From Tubiluchus corallicola (Eukaryota > Animalia > Priapulida): a stretch of 64,000 bases of DNA. The stretch lies in assembly GCA_030141605.1 (NCBI GenBank), contig JAQGDQ010000028.1, positions 1-64,000 of the forward strand. The letters run 5' to 3'. Below are positions 24,501 to 39,500 of the stretch, piece after piece. Every line of letters begins with the position of its first letter. Position 1 is the stretch's first letter. A model generated the notes under the pieces. The model was not told the DNA's origin. It made no database searches and was given only the letters and a program-made list of their open reading frames with translations. The position numbers and the translations under genes were made by a program.

Positions 24501-27500
24501 TAATCATCTTGGTTAGTAATCACCGAATTTACTATTTATTTCAAACCATGTTTGTTGCTCACTTCCCACTACCAGGGCATCACAACAGATACTAAGATTC
24601 AAACACTCAGTACCTGAAGTAATACTCAAGTAGAAAGAAGGTAAGTTAAGTTTCCCATCACACACCAATTAGTTGTGCCTGGTTACCACCATGAAGCAAC
24701 CACTACAAAAAGGTTAGTCAAACATCTAGATCAATGCTAGCAAGTTTTAGTTTTGTTATAACTTTTAAACTATAATAATTAAAATGCTTTGGCATAATTA
24801 CAGTATATAGAGAGAGACAGATGCTGTTTCAGAAAAAGAGATACATACGTGATACTTGCAGACACAAGGAAACATTCACTGGAGTATGTAAAAGTACATT
24901 TTTCTTACTCACACTATATCTGTTTTTAAGAACTTGGTCTTGTTATTTATCAGGTGAATAAATAGTTGTTGAGAGAGAGGGAGCATGAGAGAGAGTGAGA
25001 GAGAGAAAGTGAGAGAGAGAGAGAGAGAAAGAGAGAGGGAAAGAGAGAGAGAGAGCGAGAGAGAGAGAGAGAGAGAGAGAAGCTTGAAAAACATTATCTG
25101 GGACTCATTAAGAGAAATGTTTCACTTGTTTAAATTAGATTTCATTTGGTTTAAAAACACTCTAATGTCAGAAAACTTGTTAATTACCAAATAACCTTCA
25201 CCATATTGCCCAATGTCAGCTATTACAGCTTCATCAATGAAACCTCAACAAGTATTGTGAGATCCTTCAATCTGCTCACAATTACCAGCTGAGATTACAT
25301 CAACGCAAGCTTAGTGCAGCTGTCGCCATCTATAGTGCAGTGTTATCGACGCTAGTTAAATGTGTTACTTCAAACCAAGATTTTTAGTAATATTAGACTA
25401 ACAAGTAGTCACACTCATGCTAAAGACAATCCTCATGCATCTACATTTGCCTTGTCTTCACCGTTTTTTGTAATATGCACTTAAGCATAGAGTTTACAAG
25501 CAGAAGCCATGCGTAACATCACCGGTAAAGTAGATATCAGTCAGTAAACTGAGACCATAGACACTCAGAATTACCAACTGATATTTCCCCAACCGACGAT
25601 TAAGAAGTTGTTAGTGAGCCATGCTTGGCAATAGAAGAAATCTTCACCAGTGCTAGGACTAAACATGCTTAATACTAGATCTCCATGCAGGTGCTTGGGA
25701 AACTTACAGCATTTCAAGAGCAAAAGAAGAAAAGTGCAAAAAAATTATTCAGTTACTGATAACTGTATGCAGTCCAGTTAGTACAAGGAAGCAGTAGTTA
25801 TGATACTGCAACCAATCCAGTCATTGCAGATGAAGCTACAGTTACTGATACTAAAAACATTCCAATCGATGCAGATGCAGCTACAGTTATTGATACCATA
25901 AACATTCTAGCCACTAAGGATGAAACTACAGTTAGAAATACTATAAACAGTTCAATAACAGCAGATGAAGCTACAGTTACTGATGCTCCAAAACACTGCA
26001 CCATTGATCATTAAATAAAAATACTATAACTAATACTGCAAGCAATCTAGTCATCAATTGCAATCAACTGTAAGCAAATGTGTGGAGTGCAGCAGCGATT
26101 GGATAATCGCAGCTGATTGGTCGAGACTTTACCACACTCATCCAAAACCAGCTGAGATTACCCTATCAACCGCCAGTTTAGTATAACCAGATATGTAAAT
26201 TGCATGCAAGTGTACTAACAACAGAAACAGTTACTGTTGGTGGCATGTAAATGTTTTCTCGGTCTGTAGCTGGTTAGGTGAATAACATGCAAGAAAAAAG
26301 CAAGTTACATGATCACCTCTATACGCATTAATGTGCAAAAGAATTAGCAAAAATCTGTGCACATATTAGTGAGCTTCACTATAATGTTATGAATAAATGC
26401 TCAACAGATTTCAAGTAAGTGTTCCATATCCTTTAACCACTTACAATGTTATTGCGCAAAACAAGGCAAATCTTGATTCCAGTCAACATAAATACAAAAA
26501 CTAATAATTCAGTGAACAAAACCATGATCACATGCTTTAACAATTAGATATTGCAAACAGAATTTAATATTCACTATCAATAACTGCAGTCAAGATATCA
26601 TCCATGCTATAACATTTTATTCCCAGAAAATACATACCCTGACCTAGAAAATGTTGGATCGTGTGTTCTTTTTTATCCAACTGTTCACTCAGTCGCTGAC
26701 CAGCAATCAAAGCCTCCTCCATGTCCAAGATTTTATTCTGCATAAACGAATGCAAGTGGTTAACTGATTCTGGTTACTACATAGCATAAAAAAATATAAT
26801 AGATAATGGAGCATGATGCCTGATAGACCACAAATTCTAAACACTGCACATGCACCATTGTCTAAAACTTTGTATTTGAATGTTGAAGATTACAGGCCTT
26901 TCAGCTTGTAGTCAAGTTCCACATGATGTATCAGTATGACCTTCATTCATACCTGCTGTAATGAAATCTCCTCCTTTAGATGAAGTACCTCTTTCTCTCT
27001 TGTTGAAAGCTGCTTTTGGCATTTTTCCAGCTCCGCATTTGTAGAAACTTCGCTTTCTGGGGAAACATTTAAAAATATGATAACTTCAACACATGAACAA
27101 GTATCGCATTTGCAGTATATTTACTGATAAATTTATTTGTTTGTTTATTTCTTATTGCTGATCTTTCTTATCTTTTTACTGAGTTTTAGACATTTATTAA
27201 AGTCATTATAACTTTACTACTGCAACAACAATTGTTTCAAATAAAATGAAACAAAATCAAAATAAAAAAATGCACCTTTTTGGAACTGTTCCAAAACCAT
27301 TTGCAAATTCTGAAGAGATGCAGCATAATGACGCACTTGTTCTTGAGACTGGTGCAACTGCATAGTGACATTATCACGCTGTTCTGCAATCACATGCAGC
27401 TGTTCTTGCAAGCTCTCTACCTGCAGATTAGCTTGCAAGCTAAAACAAATGCAAATTTTTGATCAAATAAGGCAATCACAGCATAGTGGTATAAACAAGA

Positions 27501-30500
27501 TATCAGCCATTGTAGAAAAGTCTGTACATTTTTGTCTAACGATTATGATCAGCTTTTGAGTTGCTACATTACCACACTGAATTCAGAAGGCAAATAAATA
27601 TAATTCTTAAAAGCAATGTCATACTTGTACTTTGCTCACATAAAATCCAAGGTCAGGTATTCTTGGAAAATGAGGAAGATCTCACTGTAACATTTCGCAC
27701 AGTGGGCCATAGTGTTGAATTTTGCACAGACGGCCATACTCTTTAATGGACAGCAGGACACTAATACTAATCGCACATAGGCAAAGAAAAGTTATACACA
27801 GACAAAATTTGCAAACCCTTGTTAGTCAGTAGTCGCTCACAGCGACAAAATCTGTTTGCAGCCGACTTCTAATTTTGGCGCATACAGCAAAAACTTTTGG
27901 TATGCAACAATTTGGTAACACCATTATAACGTGACAAAATGAACGTCTTTCATTGGTCAAAAATGAAGTTGCGTGATGCAAATTGTTGCACTGAGAGCAC
28001 TCACAAGAGCTACAAGCTTTGCATACAACAAAAAATCCTCGACAAAGTTCTACACTTTGCAAAGCCAAGCAAATATCTGTGTCGCTTATCCAAAAGTAAG
28101 ATAAGCATCTTGTGAATTAGTAAAATCTCTTTAATGTCACTATCATATCATTTCGTGCCTAGAAGCGCTCATTTTTTAATGGAATAACAACACCGTGCCC
28201 ATCTCAACTATTGTAGAAAAAGAAAATTTGTTTTTATCTAAGAAATGTGTTTGGCAGTCTGTCAATACGTAAAAGTACAAAAATTTTTCGCAAGATTAGA
28301 TAACTGGAATTTCAAACTAAACATTAGTGTAGCTAAACTGTGAAACTTTGGCGTGCTTTTGTCTTAGTTGTCATTTTCACACGTCTGCAGTCAGATTCAT
28401 CTGGCAGGAAAATGGGAATGATTAAATTCTGTTTTGTATTTTTAAGCAAGAGTTTTTATGTGCCGGTACTATAAAAAAATTTCAATGTATATTAAAGTGC
28501 ACTGAATATTGTTTAACCTTTGACATTTCCTTTAAATTACATGACAACCGGCTTCAGACACGCAATGACTAACAGTTTTCTTTACCTTCCTCTGTTATTA
28601 AACTAGGTTTAGTTATTATTAAACTGGCTATAAATTTTGTTTCATACAAGGTCAAATTCGTCTGACATGGGACCTAGTAAAATGGTGCAAAGTAGAACAA
28701 CTGTACCTAGTACTATGTACGGCACTAGAAGCGGACAACATTTTCTCTTCAGTGGCTGCCAAACGCTTTTGTAAACTTTTCTCTCTCTCTTCTGCTTGGA
28801 CAGCTTCTTCTGTGTAAACTTGCTCTACCTGTTGATGGAATTAAAAAGCAGTTTTGAAATGTAGAATACTGGTGCTGCAATGGAATAACCAGTGGGTGCT
28901 CAGCAATAATTTGGGTATCAAACACAAAAAGAAATTCTAGAAAATTAAATGTGCATTATTATAAAACACCATGATTTATAATACAAAAGTTCCTGGTTCA
29001 AATCCAAGCTACTTGCTTAGTCTCTACTTTTCAAATTTGTTTTTTCGGTCAAGCTTGTTTAAAAATATTTATGATTACATTCAAGTAATTAATAATCTTG
29101 AAATTAATATCTTAATGAATTAAAAACATCTTATTTACACTGAATGTCACTTATTACAAAATATGATTAGCTCATAACAGTTAGAACTTTTAGAAGAATA
29201 AATTCAAAAGACGATTGATTAGAAAATTACAGAGCCCATGCTTTAGATAAACTAGCCCAAAATACGAATGGTGTCATTTAAAATGGCATTTACAGTTACC
29301 AAGTATCCATTTCTCATAAATTTTATATGTCCTTTAGAACATCATTTACCACTGTCATGGAATTCATCTTTTCATAAAAATTTAGAATACGGAATAACTC
29401 CATATTAAAAACAAATAAAATCTTGCTACACGAAGAACAAGAAAAACAAAAATGAAAGCAATAACAACATAATGTTGAAACAGACCACTTCACAGAGTTA
29501 CCATTCATATAGTTACTTCATAGAATTACCACATTAGCTCGAATAATCATTTTCAGTATAAACAGGCTTATGAGTGAAACAATTAGAAGACTCGGTGTCA
29601 TATAGCCCTACCTGTATCAGATGATTGCGAAGCCGTTCCAGCTCTCGATGCAATCGCTGATCCCGTTCTTGCAATGTTCTGACCTGTTTACAATAAAGAT
29701 TCATGTTTCGGGTGCAAAACATCGTGTTCGAACAAAAAGTGTACCTATGAAAGTGGCACAATCATATCTAGCCAAAGCAATGACTTCATAATCATGGAAA
29801 AATCTCACTGGCTTTTAAAAAAGGCTTTTCTTTCTCATCCTTTTTAATATAGACTGGGAAACAGATGACCAAAGAACTAGGCAAACAGGTAATTAAAAAA
29901 ATATGAATTTATTCATTTCAGGAAGATCACAAATATACAGCCGAGAATGTCTTACGTATCAGACTAAATGTCCTGTGTATCGTAGATATCAATTCTAGAT
30001 TTTTCAAGTCATAGGAAAAAATCATCTGATTTTAAGTAACTAAGAATAATTTGCATAATACTCTGTTTAGGCATAAAAAAGTAATCTCATTAAAAAAATC
30101 AAGTGTTATATTGTATGCCTTGAGGCATACTTGGACCCTGGGCTTTTGCTCTGTCTAACCCAAAAGAGCAGCTTTCAGAATGCTCACAATCTCATGTGTC
30201 TGAACAAGGAATTACCCGAACCTACAGTTCTGTCATCAGCATCCTTTATTAATAGCCCAAGTTTTACGTAAGCAGACAATTTATTACAGGTTTACATGTC
30301 ACATCTTGAAAAGCTTTCACCTTTAAAACCTAATCAGTGCAGACACTGATGATTGCCAAACTGATGAAGAAATTTACTTGTAAAACCAAAGCAAGTGGAA
30401 ACGTTGTTCGTGTTATAGAGTTCATTGTGTTCGTGTTCATTGTTATTCGTGTTCATTGTGGAGATGCAATGTATTATTAAAAAAACATCATTTGTTCCTC

Positions 30501-33500
30501 CAACAACTGTGGCAATAAAGGAATAAAAAATGTTACAATGCTAAACAGATAGGCTCAAGTTCTAAGAAGAATTGACAAAAATCGGGTTGCCATGGCAGAT
30601 TGCAGAAAACTCACTAAAAATCAGAAAAGTGAACTAATGAGTTCTTAATTTAGAGGTTCACATACTAGTAAAGCCTTAATAAAAAAAAGCCTCTGGCTAT
30701 TCTCTGTTTTTTTTTCGGTTCCCAAGACTCACATGGAAGCTTCTAGATCTATCAAAATCCTCATGCAGCAGAAATCCTGCTTTCTAATGTCTGACATATG
30801 CATGCTTCATACAATGTAAAAATAACACTGTAAACAGGGTGTAATTGCATTTTATCACAGACAACATTTTACTGTAAGAAATTTTTGCAACTAAGGCTGC
30901 GTTTCACTGCGTCCGCACAGACACAGACTTTTCTGTCCGCACATTTTACGTCCACAAAAGTTGTTTCCATTGGGACTGCACTCATTCCGTACAACACTTC
31001 ATATGCCAAAATTTTAGGGTGAAATTCTAGCCATGAGACTTTCTAGAAGAAAGAAGATTTTATTTTGCTGAGGACCTGTGGTAGTTCAAGAAAAAGGCAA
31101 GTGTGCAATACAGGAAGCGACAACATTGTTTTTGGGTTTGAAAACCATGAACAGCAAGGCGAATTGCAACAAGTTGTAATGGATAAAGAAAAAGCCTAAA
31201 TTATTTGAAAATGCATCCTGCAACCTTACAAATTTTATTTCATTACATTTTGGAGATTGTATTTCACCTGAACAGCACGTGCTGTTACGTTAAGGTAAAC
31301 AAAGCTGACTAGTATTTAAAATTTTGATAATTATTCTTATACGTGTGCCCTATCATTTGTAATTAAAAACTTATTGTAATTATAATTTGGATAGCCTACA
31401 ATGAATGGAGCAACAAGTGCTAAACAAGCTTTCATGAATTACTTTATTTCTCTTGTTGGTTCAGTGAACTGGCAGCAGCAAAATACTGGTCGACTTTAAC
31501 TTGGCTATTTTTCACTTGGTGGTGAAACCAAACAGTTGCAGTTTCAATGAAATCTTGTGGGAAACTTATTTTGCATGTCCATATATTACAATTTTACAGT
31601 GTGTTTTTCAGTGGAATTTAAATGGACCGATTGTTTTCACTTTGAATAGAAAAGCGGTTTTTATTAAATAACTAACAATGTTTTGAAGCTTATATTTTTT
31701 CTATTGAAACTGCACAGCTATGCAATGACATTTCCAAGACAAAGGCAATGTACTGTTGCAATGAAGTGTGCGTAAATATGTACTATAAATTTAAAGAAGT
31801 GCATGGATCTCAGAATCGCAAAATCAGACCTACATTTACAGAAACACAAACTTTACAACAAAAACTAGATATATTCTACCTTCACTAAATTTACTTCAAA
31901 GGCTACTTCGACCAAATACTGCCTTGTAAAATCTCTGTCACTGCATTTGGGACTACCTTTGTCGTACAAACCAGGTCTAACCTCTATAGAGTGTACGATT
32001 TGTTCATTCTCCAGTATGAAAATGAACATGTCCGTCCACAGAAATAATGGCTGAACAATTAAAGTGCGGATCCGTGGCTTTCCGAGCGGACGCAGCAGAA
32101 ATGACAAGGACATAAAAAAATGATTTGCAAAGGCACGTTATTGCTTTAACTTTCTTCCGTACGAGTCATACCGAATAAATCCGTGTATCTGTACGTGTCT
32201 GTGCGGACACAGTGGAAACGCGGCCTAAGACACAAGCATTACTTGGTTATGTGCGTATGACCCGAAGCTCAATACACGCACTAGGAAATTTCATTTGCCA
32301 TACAGACTTAGACTTCAACTCACTGAAGGAAGAAGTATTCACATCTGAACGTGACATAGATGCCAACAGTTTAGTGTCTCTCTCCTCTTAGAAGATTAAT
32401 CTTGATAATGAGACAAGTTCTGTCCTGCCATAATCACACATATTCAGTAGGCCCTACCACCAAGTGCTGGATTCCAGTTTGCATGGTTCCAAACTGTATA
32501 AAAGTGGATAATCTGCACAAACTGCATAGTCTTGTATGCAGAGAGCAGAACGCAACTGTAGTGCAATTTTAATAACTTGCATGCTTTCAATGTCCTTCCA
32601 TTGTCTGGAAATACATTACTTAATTATGATTTAAATGTTATTGTATTTAACTTGCTTCAAAATTTTATTGGTGCTAATAAAAGATTTTCCCTTGCCCGAC
32701 CACAATAATATTCCTTTCTCTTACCTTTTGCTTCTATCTATCTTACGCGTTCCTTGCATTTTCCTGATATTTTTGTCGTATTAGTTTAACTTTTCTTTGT
32801 ATCAATATCTGAAGCGTATTTTCTGCTTAACTGCTGTCTGCCAAAAATTATTTTCTTTTGAAAAATAAAAATACGTTTTATGAAAAAATGCATAGTTAGC
32901 TTAAAATACACTTGATCTGCAAGAATGATTTGGCGGAGTTAGGTCTACCTGATTTTGAAGCTCGTTATTTTCAGCTTGACGCTGCTTTAATGCCAGCATC
33001 ACCTGATCTCTCTCGTGCTGAAATGACTGTGCTTGAGCCTGCATGGTTTCACTTTCTTGGAGTAAACGCTGCACCTCCTCACTGTTTTCAGACATTCCTT
33101 GTTTCTGTACGAGCTCGGACAGTGTGCTAGCTTTTTCCTGCAGGGCCTGCAATTCGAATTTCATAAAATAAATTTAGTAAATGCATATTAAAAAAGAAAT
33201 GCCAGAACAATGTCAGCTAATCATCAGTTGAAAAACACCTGATGTTTAGGTATAAAGCACTTAATACATACTAGCGAAACAATAAAGACATGAAATCAAT
33301 CAGATTACATTATGGTCATTATGGTCTTTACCACAAAAGAAAAAATACTGATAAAAATTTGTTATCAATAAAAATGTGACCTAATCATCTGGACTACAGT
33401 ACCTTGAATGGAATTTCCTTAAAGAGAAAGTGTAAGATTTGAATGCTGAGACTAAACATCCCTTAAAGGTGCGACAAACTTATCAATGTTGAGCTGATGG

Positions 33501-36500
33501 TGCTGATTCACTAGTTCATTTCATGTTATATAACAACGTTAGAGAAAAGATTATTTTTATAGAATAAACTTTTCAGAGGTCTCTGTGTTTCATGCTAGTT
33601 CTATGGAACAGGTGCTGAGATGTTAAGCACACATGTTTGTCAGCCAGTTGGGGCCATTCCATACCAGCTACTTATAGCTGCTATGCAATGCTGATATGCA
33701 GTGGCTTCGTAGTGGATCAAACCATCACAATGCGGGGGTGAAAATAAATGGCACTTTGCCGTCATAACAATATTGTGGCCAAAAGTTCCACACATCTTTG
33801 TGCCATCTAACATAAACATCACATATTAAATATTACTATATAATTATATAATCGATTGCAACTTATTACTCTTCCTATAGGCCATAGCATTTCCTAACAG
33901 TCCATTAGACTATTTTAGACAGCCATTAGACATGAAACATCTTAGCTATTTTGAAAAAGCAAACAAAAAGCAAAATAAATTTAAATCCACTTCAATGGAT
34001 ATGAAAATTATATTTGTAATGAATGCAAACATTGTAATCACTAAATTTAACTGCTACAACTTATTGTTTGTAGCACTTACTTTCAGCTCAAAATCCTTCT
34101 CCTGCAAGCTCATCATCAGTTTGTTGTTGGTTTCTTTCATCATACCATTTTTACTCACTTGATCTGCCAATCTCTCTTCTGCTGCTCCTATTTCTCTACG
34201 AATGCCATCCACCTGCAACAAGGGACGCATTAGGTCGTGCCAGAAAAAACATTAAGAAATCATGCTCAGTATTAAATTTGCTGCGGGGCATTTCAATTTG
34301 TATTTCACAAGTTAAAACAGAATGTAGTGCTTTCAAGATCAACCAGAGAACATACACGATATACAAAATAACACAATGCACATTCATAAAATATATCCAG
34401 ATACCTAGTCATATCAGCCTCTAAAATAAGATACTTAGCATACTTAAAGTCAAATCTACAGCCACATAAAATATATGAACCTATAGGCGAATTACCAGAC
34501 ATGTTATTCTCTGGGAATCAGTTTCAATTAAAATAAATGGAAAAAATTAAAAAAATTGAATTAGCTAAAAGTATCTTGCGTTATTTCTGAAGTAACTGCA
34601 TAGAAATGTACTTACAACATAGATAAAACTAATGAGATTTGACACATGCCATATGTATGCGAAGCACAATCAACATATTCAGCAAAAAGCAGTTTATATT
34701 TGTGCTAAATTATTAACAAAAAATCAAATGGTTAATTTAAATTAGAATTTAATAAAATAAAAAAAACAGAAAGTAAACCAACAATTAGTTTTCTTCCCTC
34801 TGGCTGCTTTCATTTCACAATAAATTGGAAAAATTTAGTTGTCAAATGCTTATTATGATTTCAAAGATGTCACAGTACAGTTGTGAAAGCGAATCATTAC
34901 ATTTGATCTACTCTGTATACAAAGTTACCAAAAACATCAGGACCTTTTTAAATGTATATTCATCCAGTCTTCGTTTGGGAACGTACATTTTTGCTTAATA
35001 AGTTTAAATTTTACCTTGAAATTTCTAATTACGAAGTTTGCAAGGATTCTTATTATACACAGTACAAGAATAAGAACCTACTACCTCATTTTGAAGACTG
35101 GACAGTTGCATATTGTGCCCCTCTATCTGATGCTTTAATGCCTGTATTTCTTTGTCTTTCATACCGATGGTCTCCTCTGCCTGCCTCAGCTGCATGGTTT
35201 TGTTGTGAACGATATGATCTTTCTCCAGCAACCATTTATCTTTATCTGCCAGGGCTCGATCGCGATTGCCAATCAAATCCTTTAGTTGTTTTATTTCTCG
35301 AAGCCGCACATCCTCATCAGCTGCAGGTGGTTTATGGTTGAGCAAAGATTCTGTGTTCGCAATTTGATCTGAGTTATCAGTTGAGGATGCAACATGTGAC
35401 ACGTGTTCTAGTGACGGAGAACATTCTTGAGATGGGTCAAGTTCTGGAGATGCAAGCGAATGATCACTTATGCGACTATCAGAATGTTCACTGACAGAGC
35501 GCTGGCGCCGAGCAATCAGGTCGTCATACTTCTGCTCCAAGGAAGTAACCTTTTGCCGCAAAGAAACAAGTTCATTTTGAGTATTTATCAATGACTTCTG
35601 CTTATCTTCAAATTGCTGTACAAGCTTTGTATACTCCCCATGTAGTTTGCTGTTGCTTTCATTTTCCCTGGACAGCATTGTGGTCAGTCGCTGAATCTCT
35701 GCATGATACGACAGATTTTCCTGGTGCTTTTGATTCACGGTGGCTATTAGCTGCTCACGATCATTCTGGAATGCCTTTATCTGTCGTGAAAGATTCTCCC
35801 GTTCAAGTAGAAGTCCCTGAATCTGCTGTCCATCCGAACTGTTCTCCTGCAAAAGCTTCAACAGGCTCTCGTTTTTCTGCTTCAGGGCATCAATTTCGAT
35901 GTCCTTATCTTGGATAAGTCGAGACAGGCTCTGAATGGCTTCCTTTTTCATGGCTTCATGGTCCGAGTCGTTGCTGCCCTTTGAGACTTGTAATTCCTGA
36001 TTATCTTTTTGCAGTTTTGTTAATGCTGACTTATCAGCTGATATGACATTCATCAGCCGATGAACCTCACTTCTGAGAGAGCTGGACTCACGAGATTTTT
36101 CATTTAACACGGACAAAAGCTTCTCTTTCTCATCTTGCATCGCCTTAACTTTGGATTCAAGATTGTGCACAGTTACCAAAACATTGTTACCGTAACCACC
36201 CATCGAATGGTCTTCTAATATTCGTAACATCGACTCCTGTTCGTCTTTCAGGTTTCTAATCTCAGTTTCCTTTTCTTTCATTAAAGTATTAAATTCATTA
36301 TCATTTGCAGGACCAGTAGGATGAAGACACTCTTCTCCATTTAGCATTTCAGTGATGTCATTGTCACCATCATCAATGTGCTTTAAAATGTCGGCAGATA
36401 GGTGCTTCCGATAATCTGCTAGTTTTGCCAACAGTTTAGCAAAAGACTTATCAGAAGTATTTTTGGCACTGATCAAAGAATCTTCTGTAAAATGTTTTTC

Positions 36501-39500
36501 ACTTTCACTTCCAAATACATTATTTAAGGAGAGCTGCTTTTTAAGAGATTCAACCTCGATAACATAAGACTCGATTCTCTGTTTTTGAATATTATTTTCA
36601 CTATCAAGAGTTTTATTCATCATTTCTAGATCCTTTATTTTCTGTACCTGTCCTTGAAGTTGAATTCCTTGTTTTCTAAACTCTTCGATAAAAGCTTTTA
36701 GTTCTGTTGCTGCTGCTGCATCTTCACAAACGTCTTCCAGTGATGATGCCAATGCTGAACTTTCCTTGTTTTTTAGTGTAACGGGCAATTTGTTAGCATT
36801 GTCCAGTGCATTAATGGAGTCACCAGTTCCAGATTTGTCTACATCTTTTCTTAACTTATTTACACAATTTACTAACTCTATGTTTTCACTTTTGAAGACA
36901 TCACAGTTAGCAGACAAATGGGAAAGTTCAACATCTTTTTCTGAAATGGTGGAAAGCAAAGACGCAATCTCTGTTTTCAGCTTCTCATTCATAACAGAAT
37001 GACTCTTGACATCTAGCTGAGCTTGATCAATCACAGCTGCCTTATCAATGATTTCCACGTCTTTTTCATCTAGTAAAATTTTCAATTTTTTCATATTTTG
37101 TCGTACCTTTGCAAAGTCTCGATCTTGAGTATGCTTTACGTTGGCTACAATATTCTCATAATGTTTAACTGTATCGTTCACCTTCTGTTCCAGTAAAATT
37201 ACTTGCTCTTCTAAATGAGATTTCTGCTCAGAAAGATCGTGTATATTTTTTTCTAAATGCACAGTAGTTTGCTGTAATTTGGCACAGTCATAACAGTTTA
37301 ACTGGTCTTGCATAGCTGCAGGCTGATTAGCTGGACTGAAATGTTGTTCCAGTTTTTGCTGTTCAGTTTTAGATTTTGCTACTGCACGTTTTTCTGGCAA
37401 TCTTTCTGACGTAACATCACTCTGTTTCAACTCTAGATGTTTTTCAAGTGTCACACTAGCTATGGTTCTGTCAACTACCAAAGCACGATCGTCATCATCG
37501 GCAGCAGAAACCGATTCTCGCTGTAACTGCTTCAGCAAAAGCTGATTTTCTGACTCTAGTGTTTCACACTTCTTCTGCTGAACAGTATTCTCTGCTTTTG
37601 ACACTTTTAATTTCTCTACGAGATCAAATATGTGCTTCTCGTGGGCCGAGATTTTTCCAGCCATTTCGTCTTTGTCCATATGAAGTTCGTTAAGTGCCAC
37701 AGCAGCAGAAGCCAATTTTTCCTTCAACATTCTATAATCAGAGTCTCTTTGACCTTTGAATTTTTCTTGCGATTTTAATTCTACTGCTTGTGCTTTTTCA
37801 TCTTCTAGTTGCCTGCAAAAAATTATAGTTTCTATTTGCAAATCTTATTTGTTAAATCATATCTTTTTTTAAAAAAGTTAAAAGAAGTTTAACTATTTAT
37901 ATAATAAATAGTATAAAAAATACAATAACCAAAATTTCAGCATCAGAAAAGAGAAGAATGATAAAAGAACACCTCTCTTAGAACATTTTTCTGACTTTCT
38001 ACACCAGTACTATAAAAGCACAAATAACCAAGCACTATAAAAGCACCAAATACTGAACCACTTAAGCGAGCCATTAACTTATGACCTGCAAAGGCAATAC
38101 ATTGCACATGAGCATTACCTTTCGAGAATTTGTCTTGCTTCATGTAGTTCTTCATGCTCAGAACTCAGTTCTCGAATTTGGGAAGCAAACTGTTTGTTCT
38201 GTTTCTCCAGGGATGATAGAGATTGTTTCAGTTGTTCTTTCTCTTGGCAACACTCTTCCTCAAGATCTCGGTTCTTTTCTTTGGTGGATTGTAGTTCGTT
38301 TCTTAGTGCTTCATTTTCTATTTGAAGGTCCTGAAGCTCTTCCAAAGCAGCGGTGCTTTCAATGCTTAGGTCAGACTCCAACTTTTCCTGTGCATAGTGG
38401 TCAGCCTAAAAAACAAATATGTGCAAAAAGCTGATGAAATTGATTTATTCTGGAGGAACCTAGTCTTAATCACAAAAATAAAAAGACGACATACACGAAT
38501 AAATGGGCTGTATTTTTTATTTTTGCGATGTGCAAACTACAATCCACATTCTTCATTTCACCATTATTAATTTGATTACTGTTTTTTTGGTTTTTGATGA
38601 GAAGCCATTTAAATTGATCAAATCCACAGTGATGCAATAAACTGTTAGCTTCTTGCCAGTTATGTTAGTCATCTGTTAATTCAATACAAACTGCTCAAGC
38701 ATGAAAGGCTTAACACAGGTGCTATAGAGAATGATTCTGATATGGTTTTAGCAGCAATAATCCAAAGTAACATTTTTTGTGTGTAGTATGATTACGATTT
38801 CAGTAAATTAACATTTTAAAAACAAAACATCAGTGTAAATAGAATTTGGTTTGAATAATGCCCGTTATTCTTGTTATTTCATACTGCCTGCCCGGCTCAC
38901 GTCTTACAAGTTTAGCTTCTGATCTAAGCCGACAATTATTTTCTAATCACAATTAGTTGTTAGGTTACGTCTTATTTAAAATCATTTCCATGCTATTTAC
39001 ATATTGTACAGTGTATAAGATATTATATACATGTAATCAGGGCCTATTTCGGGGGGGGGAGTGTTTATACTTCTCCAGGGGGGCCTCGCGCGAAGGTGAC
39101 ATTTTTTTGCTTTATGCGAACATACTGCCTCCTCTCTCCCTCTCTCTCTTTCTTGCCGCACACGTGCCATTTGCCAGTATTGACAAGTATTAAGGACTGG
39201 TCTTGAGAATAAAGCAGTTTTTCTTTCGATTGTTCTTTCCTTTAACAACTGTATAACTCCATATTTTCTCTTCGAAAATGCTTCTCCGGCGTTCTAGCAG
39301 TTCAAAAATTTTCTGGGCGCCCGCCCCCCCGGCGCTTCCCCCCTTCCGAGGGGGCCTCACACGCCCCACTTCCCCGGGCCTCGCTCAGGCTGAAATAGGT
39401 CCTGCATGTAATGTATACGTCTGAGATAAGATATAAAATTTACCGCCTCTGTATTATTGACTCCTGGAAAAAATAAGCAATAAACAATAAACAATAAACA

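Noticed and set aside
24909-25194. ER/LS-repeat ORFs
   Set aside because: Translation of the (GA)n microsatellite.
34952-37002. Plus-strand ORFs of 78-129 aa overlapping the giant exon
   Set aside because: Antisense shadows of the TRIP11 coding exon.
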